Under the pieces are notes generated by a model, which was not told the DNA's origin, searched no databases, and worked only from the letters and a program-made list of their open reading frames with translations. From the NCBI RefSeq assembly GCF_006345805.1, contig NC_043005.1:33418001-33482000 (forward strand): a stretch of 64,000 bases of DNA, given 5' to 3'. Position numbers and translations under genes: made by a program. The DNA comes from Octopus sinensis (taxonomy: Eukaryota). Every line of letters begins with the position of its first letter. Positions within the stretch are counted from its first letter, which is position 1. Below are positions 11,860 through 25,250 of this stretch, piece after piece.

Positions 11860-12326
11860 AAACAGACATTTTGCCATTTATAGATATAAAGATTTTAAGC
11901 AAACATTTAGAAATTCTCTGGGAAACTGGAAAATCCAGAAATCTGGGACAGTTTCGGTCTTAAATTGGATAAGTTGGTCTGGTACGGTATTGAGGTGTGA
12001 TACATAACAAAGGGAGGGAAATGCAGAGTTTTAAAGAGTTATTTCCCTTGTTATGGTTTAATATCTTTAGATTAATCTGCTGGTTTAAGTGAATTACGTC
12101 CCTTGTATTAAAGACTTTTGTTACCTGAAACATAAGGGGTCAGTTTATCGACTTTTTTAAAGGGCTTTCAGGGGCAACTGGGGAAATGAAAAGATCTTCA
12201 CAACCACCCTTGGACGGTTTTGAATGACCATAGAAAGTGCGAGCCCTTTAACTGAAAAATTGTGGATTTGTATAAAGGACACACACACACACACACAGAC
12301 ATTTTGCCATGTATATATATAGAGAT
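11860..12326 (-). mobile_element. Helitron-like 5' ends (two related copies)
   Basis: Minus strand tct.tatat.ta.a.atggcaaaatgtctgt at about 11860-11892 and 12290-12326. A Helitron-like 3' end (..ccgggtatctctgCTAG|T) occurs at about 12840-12862 (+). Confidence 0.5.
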
Positions 12327-13297
12327 ACCTTATTAGTATTTCCTCCTAAAATCTATATATTTTGGGAACATATTAAAGCCATTTTCAGGGCTACATACTT
12401 TGTGTTGTTGTTACAGGATTAGCGAAACAAAACAATTATGAGAACAGAACCAAGGGATAAACCCACTTTCCCAGGAATTACTGGGTACATTAGCCACTAT
12501 ATATATATATATATATATGCTTATTATAGCCTCAGGCTGACCAAAACCTTGTGAGTGGATTTCGTACTCGGAAACTGAAAGGAGACCATCATATATATAT
12601 ATGTATGTGTGTACATGTCTTGTGTTAGTACCCCCATCATTGCTTGACAACTGATGTTGCTGTGTTTACATTCCCGTAACTTAGTAGTTTGGTAAAAGAC
12701 ACTGACAGAATGAGTACTAGGCTTACAAAGAATAAATCCTGTGGTTGATTTCTTCGACCAACGGTGGTGCTCCAGCATGGCTGCAGTCACATGACTGAAA
12801 CAAGTAAAACAATAAACATCTATGCCATTTTAATTCTGAGCAAGGCCGGGTATCTCTGCTAGTATATACATAAGGATAAGCATATTAAAAGGAGTCCATG
12901 GGAAAACTCATTTAAATATAAGGGTTGGGAACCACTTGTCTAGACACCATTTTCTACTTATCCCTATTGATGGGGGTCAGGAAAGTTTTAGCAATTGCAA
13001 CCCTCCCATGGTATCCTGAAGCTTACAACAAATGGTTTTGGTTGATACAATGTTGGAAAAGTGGTGACTGAGCTCTACTGTCACTTTTACTGCCATAGTT
13101 TGATGGCTTTGAGTGAGAATATTAAAACTTAATGCGCATGCACAGCAGAGCTCAAGGTCAATTTTTGTCAAGCGACTTCACTCTGCATGCTTTAACTTCG
13201 TTACTATGGTAACAGTCCGGATACTTATTGATCAGATCTCGTAATATATCTATATATATATCATATATATATTTATGCACATGTATATGTGTGTGTG

Positions 13298-13336
<39 letters not shown>

Positions 13337-14135
13337 CACACACACACATACACATACATGCATGCATACACACACACACACACCACACACATACATTAAC
13401 TGGAAAGTTGATATTACTTGATAACTGATCTTATTGTAATGACTCTCAACTCTTACTGTAAGCATTGTGTGCTCCTGGGGCAAAAAAAGGGGATAACGAA
13501 ACATCAGTTTGTTGGAAACAGGTTCAATTTTTTTAAGGACTGTATGGGTAGATTCTGCACCCCTCGACCCACCCCACTCCACACCTGCCAGTTTCAGGTT
13601 TGACTATTCATTCGCTTGGTTAATTAAATTCTTCCTTGTCAAATTAATGTACATGTAGCTAAGTATTCTAATAGATGAATGAGCATAAAAAAGCTGAATG
13701 TTAAAAGGTAGAGGAAAGGAAGTGAGAGACAGAGATAGGGAAAGAGGTAGAGAAAGAGAGAGGAAGACAAGGAGATAGAGAAGAGACAGGGGGATAGGGA
13801 GAGAGATATAGGGAGTGAGGGGCAGACAGGGGAATAAGATGAGAGAGGTAGAGAGGGATGCAGAGAGGAGGATAGTATGAGAAAGAGAGAAGAATGAACT
13901 GCAGTATTTAACTTGTGTTTTGTTGATTGACCTTGAGAGAAAATACAAGGAAAAGCTGACCTTGACAGATATGGACCTAGAGCGCAGAGAGCTGGACCAA
14001 AACATGATATTTTAATGAGAGAGTTAATTGGCTGCTTTAAATGTTTAAGTAATTACCAAAGAGAAAATCAACCATATTTAATTAATATAAATCCAACAAC
14101 AAAATCACATCCCACCAATGTAGATTGGTAACAGA

Positions 14136-14171
<36 letters not shown>

Positions 14172-14175
<4 letters not shown>

Positions 14176-14355
14176 CATAAATGAGGGCAACAGAAAAAAT
14201 TTTCTAATGCCAAATATGCCGAAAAATTGGACATATTGTCCATTAACCATATAATTTTTTCACAATACACACGCTACGCAAAAAAAGGTCGACAGACCAA
14301 TTTTTCGGCATATTTGGCATTAGAAAATTTTTCCCTTTGCCCTCATTTATGAATT
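14172..14355. repeat. Inverted repeat with about 58-bp arms (14172-14230 / 14297-14355), between (TA)n runs
   Basis: aattcataaatgagggcaa..aaaattttctaatgccaaatatgccgaaaaattgg and its reverse complement, spacer about 66 nt. Confidence 0.9.
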
Positions 14356-14840
14356 GTTTATAAATTTAACCGTTTAAGGTATTTTTTAATATGCTGGCCA
14401 TTGATAAAATTTTTTTCGAAATAAATTTTATCCTCATTAGATATATATATATATATATATGCCCATGCCAGCAAAAAAAGCCAGTCATTAAGTGATATAC
14501 AGGCATGGCTATGTGACAAGGAGAGTCATTCCCAACCATATGGTTCCAGGTTCAATCCCAATGTGAGGCACTTTAGGCAAGTGTCTTCTAATGTAGCCTC
14601 AGGCCAACTAAATATGAGTGGATTTGGTAGATGGAAACTGAAAGGAGCACATTGTGTGTGTGAGTGTGTATATATACATATATATATCCACTCATATTTA
14701 GTTGACCTGAGGCTACATTTTCTATTGAAGTGCATAGACTTGAAATGTAAAACACTTTCTCACTTTTCCAAATGTCAAACTAATACACCTGCTTCATGTT
14801 TATACACCTGTCTTCGTCTTTTGTTTTCTGTAAATTTCCA

Positions 14841-14896
<56 letters not shown>

Positions 14897-15379
14897 AAAT
14901 CCGTTCTGTCTGTCTGTGTGTGTGTCTTCTAGGATCTTGGGCATCCTCCATCCGATTGTGCTCAAATTTGATATGTAGATACCGACGGTATCAGAGCATG
15001 TATAAGTCTTAAAGAAATTACAAAAATCGATTCCAGGTGAGAATGTGATCAACAAAGCCGTGGGAACGTACATTTGTACGCGCAACAAGGAGCGGGGGAT
15101 GTTGTTTTTATTTCCCACATGCGGAGTAAGTGTGCACAGAAGAATGAACCATGGCAAAACAGTTGTGTGAACAATTGAAAAAAAACACAATGCAAGTATG
15201 TACAAGGAAAACGTTCAGTAATGAAAGGTGTCCAATCAAAGAGAACAATGCATATATGTACAATGATACAGAAAGAGAGAAAATGTGAATGAGGTGTCTA
15301 TAACAACATAAGTCTATTTTCTGGAACAGTCATTGGCGAGGCAAAGTTAAGAAATGTACATAGTCTGAAACAATTTCTT

Positions 15380-18300
15380 CAGCCAATGAACTAATCAGCC
15401 AGAACGTGCCCTGTAAGGTAAAGAATGTATTTATGTGGTTGGTGTTTTGGTGAGTGGAGGTGGTGCTTGTGGGGGTGGAGGTGGCAGTGTTTGTAGAATG
15501 ATGGGTGTGTCAGCAAGTGGCATAAATTTTTCAGAAAAGGCTTTTTTTATTCTGTCGATAGTGAGAGTCTCTCTTTTTTTTCTGTGAATGTCCACAGTGA
15601 ACAGTTTCGGTGTGCTTCTAAGAACACGATAGGGTCCAGTGTAGGGAGGAGCGAGTGGTTCCTTGATGGTATCATTTCTTACAAACGCATAAGTCCAGGT
15701 AGAAATATCCGGAGGTACTGTAGAAGAAATAGACTGTTCATGAAGAAGCATCAGTAGCAGGTCAGCAAACAATGACCTGAGTCGCATGTGGGGTCTAAGT
15801 TCAGTAAGTCGATGGGCACCAACATTTGCCCTGGAAGTGCTAAGGTGGTGCCATAGAGAAGCTGAGTGGAGGAGTAGCCTAAATCTTCCTTGACTGCTGA
15901 GCGGCACCCCAGCAGAATGATGGTGAGAAACTCGGACCAACGATGAGGGTCAGGAGCCATGCGAATAGTGGCTTTAAGCTGGCTGTGGAATCTTTCCACC
16001 ATACCATTTGTGGTGGGATGGTAACTTGTGGTGTGGATGTGCTGAACTCCAAGCAATCTCAAAAGCTCACAGAACAGACAAGCTTCAAACTGGCATCTAT
16101 GATCAGTAGTAATTCTAGAAGGTACTCCGAAGTGAGGTATCCACCCAGAGATGAATGCTCTGGTGACTGTTTCCATGGGAATGTCCACGAGAGGGATGGC
16201 TTCAGGCCATCTGGAGAAACGGTTGATGCATGTCATTATATAAGTAAATCTTCAACTGATCGGCTAAGGACCAGCCAGGTTGATGTAAAAGTGATGGAAC
16301 CTGATGTTCAGTGGCTGGAAGTGTCCAAGAGGTGCTCTCACGTGATGATGCACCTTTGAACGCTGACATGGTTGGCAGGCACATGACCAAGCAGTAATAG
16401 ACTGACGCATATTTGGCCAGAAAAAGCAGGCTTTATTGTGGCTGCAATGCCAGCATGTGACAGTGAATGCAGTGCTTCAATAACAGTGCAACAGGGATTT
16501 TCAGGAATGAAAATGTGACCGGGTAGATTGCTCTAAAACTGTAGCATTAGCTGATGTTGACATATCAACAGTAAGTGATAATTTTGCATCTGCAACAGGA
16601 TTAGTGAGGAAGGATGCTTGAGCAAGGTCAGATTTGACAGATTCAAAAGCTTGTTTGGCTGTAGGAGACAGCATTATCTGGGAGTATTTCTTTCGTTGGT
16701 CTTTCAAGAGCTGGGTCAAGGGAAGCAACGTCTCCGCACAGTTAAGAATGAAATGACAATAATAATTAATTAAACCAATAAAATTTCTGAGCTGTTTTAA
16801 GGAAACAGGAGAAGATAAGCATTTGATGGTTTCCACTTTAGAAGGAAGTGTCAATGAGATACCCCAAGAATTCCAAATTGGTAGAACTGAATACACACTT
16901 AGCCAGATTGATCTTCACATCATAAGAATGTAGGCATTTGAACAGCTGGGTTAAGTGTCAGAGATGCTGGTCTGGAGTACCACTGGCGATTAGAAGGTCA
17001 TCGACGTACACGAAGATGAAATCTAACCCACAAACGACCTCATCAATGAACCTTTGGAACGTGCTGGCCGCATTACAAAGTCTAAATGGCATAGACAAGA
17101 ATTCAAATGCTCCAAAAGATGTGGGGACAGCTGTCTTTGGAATGTCATTGGGGTTGACAGGGATTTGTTGGTACGTTTGTACCAAGTCAATTTTAGAAAA
17201 GTTATTACAACCGTGCAGGGCAGACGAAAAATCCTACACACTTGGAAAGGGATAATGATCTGCGATAGTGACAGAGTTAAGACATCTAAAATCTCCAACT
17301 GGTTGAAAATCAGCATGTGTTCGAATTCAGCCTGGGTGATCCGGAGTTTCTCTGGAGACAAATGGTGTGGTCAGGAAAAAAACTGGAGGTCCCTTGGTCG
17401 TGATGAAATGTCTTGTGGAATGGGCTGGATTCAACGGATGAAATGACAAATCAGTCAACTTTGGAAATGAAGTGAATAACTGTTGGGAGGAATCACCAGA
17501 AGCACCCACGAAGAAAGAAGGGCTCACAACGGGGACAGAGGAATCCTATCTGGAGACAGTGAGTGAAGTTGTGTCATCAATGAGTCGGTGTCCTCTAACG
17601 TCCACAATGAGAGAAAAGTGGTGTAAGAAATCAGCACCAAGAATGGGATAGGGCAGGTCCACAATAACGAAGTTCCACTTGAAATCCCTATGGAGTGATA
17701 AATCCAAGGTAAGAGAGATTTGTCCATAGGTTTTGATGGCGGAGTGATTCACTGCGTAGAGAGAGATGTTGGAAAGACCAGGATTGGTGGATGTAAACCT
17801 TTGAGGCTAGATACTTAAGCTGGCACCTGTGTCCACCATAAAGGAATTTGAAGAATTGGCATCTCTGATAAAAAAAAATTGCATGGTAAGGTGAATTGAT
17901 GAGGAAGAAGACTGATGTGCCCAATGCCTCCCTGCCTGGTTTCTCTGTGAAGAGTAAGAGCAGGGCTATGTACTGGTCCTTGAATTTCCAGTGGTTCCAG
18001 CAGATTGATAGAGCAGGAAGTGCGCATGCATGCAAGAAGGAGTGGCACCTGGTCCTCACTGCATAATGAACCCTTGAAGACGAACAGTTCCTGCACATGT
18101 GTGAAACCTGACAGGTTTCTCCAATGGCCCGTGAGATTTTGGAGGATTGTGTGTCGTCTGAAGCAGAAGTAGCACATTCTAGAGAGGAAGATGAAGAAGC
18201 AACAATGTTACCGGCGGATGATGGTGCCCCAGAAAATTCCATAATCCTATCTGCAGAGGTGGCGAGTTATTAAAGGGCTATAAGTTCCAACATAGGAACT

Positions 18301-18790
18301 AAAATCAACTGGACATTAGAATGCATCCTCAAGAAAAATAATTGTTTGACAAATGCCTGTCCCTCATATGAGCTATCGGACAACTCCCGGATTCGTTTCA
18401 AAAACTGGGTGGGGATTCGGTCCCAGTGATACTCATCCTGCAAGAGTGTGCGAAATTTAGTCTCAACCAAAGGAGAGTTATGCCAGAGAACCTCAGCTTT
18501 GAAGGCTTCGTACATCATGTCTGATGGTGTTCCTGTTATCATATCTCGAACTGAAAATGCGAGGGGAGAAGGAATGCCTATAAGAGCAATGTGGAGTTTG
18601 CTCTGGGCCGACTGAACATTAGAAGAAATGAAGAACAATTCCAGTTGTGAAAACCACATCTTAGCATCTCCATGATATTGAGGCAAAGGAAAATGACTGA
18701 TCTTGGACTTGTCTTGACTCATCTTGGACGATAATAGGAAAATGGAACGCCACGAAGAACAAGCTGGTTGAAACAAGTGCTGTTAGGAAT
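15380..18790 (-). mobile_element. Ty3/Gypsy LTR retrotransposon internal region, degenerate (gag-PR-RT-RH-IN)
   Basis: gag (WFSQLELFF), protease VDTGA (about 17820-17840) and ILGADFL, RT KTAVPTSFGAFEF..MPF.L.NA..YVDDLL, RNase H, integrase NRFSRWPEAIP..TTSYHPTTNGMVERFH, PYTGPYRV. No matching LTR pair found. Confidence 0.93.
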
Positions 18791-19097
18791 AGCAGTCAAA
18801 ACACCCTAGTTGAAAGAAGACACAACGAGCAGGGAACTAGGAATTTTTTTTCCAGTAGCAGAGGATGAAAATAGGAGAAGCCCTTGTTAATGGATAAAAA
18901 ACAAAACATGGTTAACACGTGGATAATCTAGGTGGTTGAGAGAAAGAAACTCATACCTGGCACGTAGGTACTCATAAGAGATGTTATCACAGGAAGAATA
19001 CTGTAATAAATTTGTCTTTCAAAGACATATGATAGATAGATGGCTATATGTATGTGTGACAGTGTATACATGTACAGATGTTTATGTATATATATAT

Positions 19098-19410
19098 ATA
19101 TATATATACATATATTCGTGGCCAATGCCAGCGCCACCGTGACTGGCTTCCGTGCCGGTGGCACGTAAAATGCACCGATCTGACCATGGCCATTGCCAGC
19201 CTCGCCTGGCACCTGTACAGGTGGCACGTAAAAAGCACCCACTACACTCACAGAGTGGTTGGCGTTAGGAAGGGCATCCAGCTATAGAAACACTGCCAGA
19301 TCAGACTGGAGCCTAGTGCAGCCTTCTGGCTTCCCAGATCCCCGGTTGAACCATCCAACCCATGCTAGCATGGAGAACGGATGTTAAACGATGATGATGA
19401 TGATGATGAT
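19098..19410 (+). mobile_element. RTE-type 3' end with (GAT)n tail
   Basis: Shares gagtggttggcgttaggaagggcatccagc..ccaacccatgctagcatgga..gttaaa.gatgatgat with 28240-28398. Truncated copies at 39079-39186(-), 53785-53845(-), 23027-23230(-), 44780-44990(-). Confidence 0.85.
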
Positions 19411-22400
19411 ATAATCTGCAAGTTTATGCATAAGTATTCAAGCTGACACACCAACCAAACACTTGAGGCTAAGATACAAAATCATCAAACCCAATTTGTC
19501 AACAACGATAATTAAAGTAAGTAGGATGTGAATCACTGAAGTACACAAAATGAACGAAGTCATAAAGTGAATTTCCACAAATAAGCTTACCACCTACATG
19601 ATATAATACATACACACTCACACATATACATACAGTACAGATACACATACACACACTTGTGATAACTAAGAACGTGATTACTCTTAATAGGTTGTTAAGA
19701 ATTTATTGGATGGTTTCATCTTGACATTGTCTATTAAGGACAAGACAGCATAGCTGAGCTGGTCCATCTGTCTCTGCAGCAAATTAAAAGAAATAATAAT
19801 AATCACACATAATAATTAATCCACTGCATGGCACATCAGGCAAGTGTTTTCTACTATAGCCTTGGGCTGACCAAATCATTGTTAGTGAATTTGATAAATG
19901 AAAACTGAAAGAAGCCTTGTCTTGACATCAGGTCATGGTTGTAAACAAGTGTTACCATTATATAAGCAATGCTGTTCATTTCCAGTCTTCCTTGGAAAGT
20001 ACTAAGGGTTGGTGAAAAAAAAGGCATCCAACTGTAGAAAATCTGCCTTGACAAATTTTGTTTGATTCATGTAAGTATAGAAAAGTGGATGTTAAAAGAT
20101 GATGATGAGGAGGAGGAACTGAGCTTGCATGACAAATGTCAGGATACCAAAACTATATCACCCCACCTATGTTGAGGACACATTAATTATACAGGAATGT
20201 CTTAATTTTCTTTTTTCTTTTTTTTTATTTTTTGTCACTCAACATTAACACTTTAAAATCTGTTAGCATTCATTAAATTATGTGCTGCAACACAGGACAA
20301 CTTGATGGCTTACATTGACAAATTGTTAGTTCTATAAACCATGAGCTCCTGCTATAAACTGATTGATACAGTGGAGCAGAATGAATCCACTTCTTCATAC
20401 ATTAAGCAATCATAGTAGATATCAATTAAGCGCTCCTATGCAGTCACTCTCATTACTAGAAATAGCAATCATACAAATACCTCTCAAATTACTTTCTTCT
20501 ATCTTGAAAACAGGAAAACGATGCATTATGTAATGTAGTCTTACATCCTTAACGCAGGATGATCATGGCTAGAATGCTTTTGAACATAGGTTTGCTCAAA
20601 CAGAGGTTACATAATAATAACATCGTTAGAGTTGAGAATTTAAGAGTAATTAAGCATAACTGGATTTACCTGCTGTGATCATTCCACATTCCCCTATTTA
20701 AAGTCATAAATAATTAAATAGTTTAGCAGATTACACACACACACACACACACAGACAAATTTATTGCTATGTATATTTAAACTTTCCAGCCTGGTAGTGA
20801 AATTAGTCTGTCTTCCTCATTCTCATTGCAACACTATGTCAAATCCTTCTAGAGCAGACAATATCATTTTACCCATAAGCAATCAGATCACTCCTTGAAA
20901 TGTAATGCTTATTTATTCACATTGTTTTGAATTAACCACATATTATGTTGTGGCTTTGAGATTTTGATGAAGTGTAAAGTGATAGTATTGATTTAGAACA
21001 ACATTGTACAGTAGGTGCGAAAGGCTGAGTATGGTCAGTTTGAGCATAAAACAGATAGAATATTTGAGCCACATAGGACTGATTTATTCAGCATTTTCCA
21101 TGTTGACATAAGATTATAGAATTTGTTGAATCTTCCTGTCTTGTTATGAAATAAGGTATTTCGTTGCTTGTGGTTTTCACATAACAAAACACTGAGTTTC
21201 TGATGTAAACACTGTCATTGTTTTTGCTCACATAATTTCAGGTTCAGTCCCATTGCATAGTATCTTGGGCAAGTATCTTTTACCATAGCCTCAGTTTGAC
21301 TAAAGCCTTGTGAGTGGATTTGGAATCTGAAAGAAGCTTGATGTACATATGCATGTGTGTGTGTATGTAGACATGTGTTAGTGTCTCCTTATATTGATAT
21401 TGTGACAGATGTAAACGAGTATCACTGCCATACAGTTGTGTCTTTGCTTCCAATCTTCTGAGAAGAACATCTGATTAGGGGGAAATATTACCTAACTTGA
21501 AAACAGGTGAAGGGTAGCAATAGAAAGAGTATCTAGCCATAGAAAACCTACCGCAACAAATTCTGTCTGACCCATGCAAGCATGGAAAAGTGAACATTAA
21601 AACATGATAGGCTTCTATACAGTTTCCATATACTTAATTTCACAGATAAAGCCTAGGTTAGCCCAAGCCTATAATAGAGGACACATATCTAAAATGGCAT
21701 GCAGTAGGATTGAATGCTAAGCTACATGGTTACAAAGTGAACTTCTTAAACCCACAACTGTATCTGATATAATTTATATAACCAAAGTAACAAGGAAACC
21801 TCTATGTAGTAAGACCTGCTAGAAATATCCCCAAAATTATATCCTAGTCTTGAAAACGTAAAGGACACATTGGATAATGTATTTTTATGTCCCTCTAGAA
21901 AAACAGGATGGTTCAAGTTGGAACAACTTTAGGTAAGCTCAATCTGGGATGACCAGTGGTTAAGGAATAACAATACTCCCTCATCTGAAATTACTAGATT
22001 TAGCAGACAATAGAATCACATTGATAATTAATATAGCCAGCTAAAATTACAAATGTTTATTTTATTCCACAATAATGATGACATTTTTGGGTGTGGAGAG
22101 CAGAATGTTGATTTTGCCTGACATCTTTTCAGAGTTGATAAAATAAGTACCAGTTGAGCACCAAAATTGATGTAATCAACTGGACTCCCCTCCAAAATTT
22201 CAAGCCTTATGCCTATAGTAGCAAGGATTATTATTATTATTATTATTATTATTTAAGGGCTGGCGGAATTGTTAGCAGGCCAGGCAAAATACTTAGCAGC
22301 ATTTCATCCATCATTACCTTCTGAGTTCAAATTCTGCTGTGGTTGACTTCACCTTTAATCCTTTCAGGGTCAATAAAATAAGTAGCAGTTGATCACTGGT

Positions 22401-24146
22401 ATCATTCAACTAACCCTCACCACTAAAATTGCTGGCCTTGTGCTAAAATTTGAAACCATTTAAGGTGACAAGCTGGTAGAAATATTAGCATGCTGGACAA
22501 AATACTTAGCAGCATTTTGTCTTTCTCTGCATTCTGAATTCAAATGCCACCAAAGTCGACTTTGCCTTTCATCCTTTTGGAGTTGATGATAAGTACCAGT
22601 TGAGTACTGAGGTCAATGAAACTGACTTATCCCTCCCTCAGACTTTTGTGCCTGTCTTCTCTGAGCACTTTCTACATTGTCCAGTGTACAAGGCACCACT
22701 ATTCTTGTACTGACAACAACGAAAAGCTGACATATGGGCTCCCTCTAAGTGACAAGTGAATTAAGGGACTTTTCTAGTTTTGATACAATGCATGCAGTGA
22801 ACAAGTAAGGTGGTTGGTTAGCTGAGCAGAGAATGCATAGGGTTCTGAGGTCTCTTTATTCATCCTCCCTAGAGTTGGTATTGTGAAAAAATGTTCCCAG
22901 TCCACTCTGTAAAGTGGTTTGTAAGAGGAAGGACATCCAGCTGTAGAAACCTAGCCAAATTATACATACAAGCATCAGTGTATAGAGATAGCAGCTCCTT
23001 GCTGGAGATGACTCAGACCACGATATCATCATCATTGTTTAACGTCTGCCTTCCATGCTGGAAAGAGTTGGACAGTTTGTCAGGAGCCTGCCCCAGACTT
23101 CTGTATCTGTTTTGGCAGTGTTTTTATGGCTGGATGCCCTTCATAACACCGACCACCCAGCAGAGTGGACTGAGTGCTTTTTACATGGCATCAGCACTGG
23201 CAGGCTCACCAAGTAACTTGCAAGACAAAGATCCTTTGAGAGGGGAGGTGGCATTGGAGGAAGTGTTCTTGTCAGATGATGAAAGGTTATAAGTGACGGA
23301 AACAGGTGTCATGCTGTAGAGGAGGTACATGGTTGAGATAGAGAGAGAATGAGGATGGAAACAGGCACGCTGCTGTAAAGGAGATACATGGTTAACCACC
23401 CAGAAGGAAGAGCAGGAGAGAGATGGTGGCAAAGTGCCAGGCATACTCACAAGGGACAGGGATCAGAATATGAAATGGTCGAGTAAAAGAAGAGAGATAT
23501 AGATGGTGGTAAGTGCCAGGGCATACCCTTAAGGTATGGAAGTCATAAGTGGCAGCACATAACCAAAGAAGCGGGAGTAGAGAATGGGGGAGGGGAATGT
23601 AGTGGGTGGTGAAAACCTGGGTATATAGAGGGGCTGGGCTACCGGATAGCAATAATACAGTGAACAGGACAATGAGGACAGGATTAGGGAGTGAGCGATA
23701 AGCAGAGTGCATGAAAGAGAAGTGAGGAAGAGATGTAGTTTGGTTTGTTGGAGTGTGGTGCGTGAAGTTTTCTTGTTATGTGTGGGAGGAATACACAGTA
23801 CTTCTAGAACTCAGGTTCGCTGACGTAGGTGGGTTTTCTCCACCAGACATCTCAATCCTGAGGCCCAACATCTTGAGATCAGTCCTTACCACTTCATCCC
23901 ATGTCTTCCTGGGTCTCCCTCTTCCACAGATACCACCCATTTTCAGTGATCAGCACTTCTTTATATAGTTATCTTCATCCATATTCACCACATGTCCAAA
24001 CCAATGTAGTCCTCTCTTGCATGCTGCATTTGATTCTTCTTATGCTCAACTTTTCTCTCGATACATTTGCACTTTTTGTTGTACAAACACATTGATGTTG
24101 CATGACCAGTAAAAATGATAATGATACACACACACATGTATATATA

Positions 24147-25250
24147 CACCCTGAACCATACTTATAGCTTAGGAATGAAATTTAGGATTTAGCAGTTTTC
24201 TGCGAATTGATTTTGATAAAACTTTTTCCAGCTGTTTTGCACACAATGGCAACACTATTGTTATGTTTTCATTATTCTGTGTAACTTCCTTTAATTTTTT
24301 ATTTGAGATTCTTCAGTTTTTGGGTGAATCAGGCTAATAGTATATCTCCTCCCTAAGAACAATAGGATGTGGAAAAAGCCTTAACAATGAAGAAAAGTCA
24401 GTCATCATCAAGGAAAGTGCTAAAGGCACCTCTTTTTATGTCATTGCGGAGAAGTAGGTCATCATGTGGACACAGTTAGATGATTCCTGAAGGACCTTTG
24501 CCAAGGAAGAAACAATCTGATTGTGGGACTTCAAAGACTGTAACAGCTAGGGATTTAAGGAATATCGGCCACATGGGAATCCTAAACAAACAAGCAAAGC
24601 CATTTTCACTGCCTCACGTACCAGAAACCACCAGAAATTGCATCCTCGGGACCATGGCTTCCATGCAAGAAACCCTGAAACTGCCTCCTTTAACACCCTG
24701 TCATAGGAGTTTGAGGCTTCAATGGGCCCAAAAGTACATGACATTAGACATGAGTTGTATTCTGTTCACTGACAAAACCAGGGCGACCCTTGACGGACCT
24801 GACAGTTGGGTCTATTTTGGAGATGAGCATCACCAACATTTACAACAACAGCAACAGGGTGCAGGAATCATGTGGACTGGTATCATTGGGTTTAGACTTG
24901 TTGGCCCAGTCAGGAGGTCTGCTGTCACTTCTAAGGAATCTCATATTCATGCATGACAATGCTGCCGCCCACTCTGCTAGGACCACCCAAACATTACTAG
25001 GGTCATATGGCATACAAGATGAAAGGTTGACGGCATGGCCAGCAACATCTCCAGATCTCAACCCTATTGAAAATTTTTGGTTCATCATTAAACAAGATGT
25101 TTATGCCAATGGACGCCAAAAGATGTCTTATGGGTGACCATCAAAGCAGCAGCAAAGGTAGTCAAACCTGCTACTATTACAAAATTGACAGGTTCCATGA
25201 CTAATAAAGTTTTTGAAGTTATCTATCAAAATGGCACTCATGTGGCTAAA
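24147..25250 (+). mobile_element. Tc1-like transposon of the DD37E (TRT-type) family, degenerate
   Basis: LFTDKTRATLDGPD.W, QQGAGIMWTGI, FMHDNA..H...WPATSPDLNPIENFW. There are 37 residues between the second D (24955) and E (25069). Confidence 0.85.

Noticed and set aside
18850-19050. 5' LTR of the minus-strand Gypsy, and a hammerhead-like hairpin at about 18945-18990
   Set aside because: No matching 3' LTR near 15.2 kb, and both ribozyme core boxes are mismatched.
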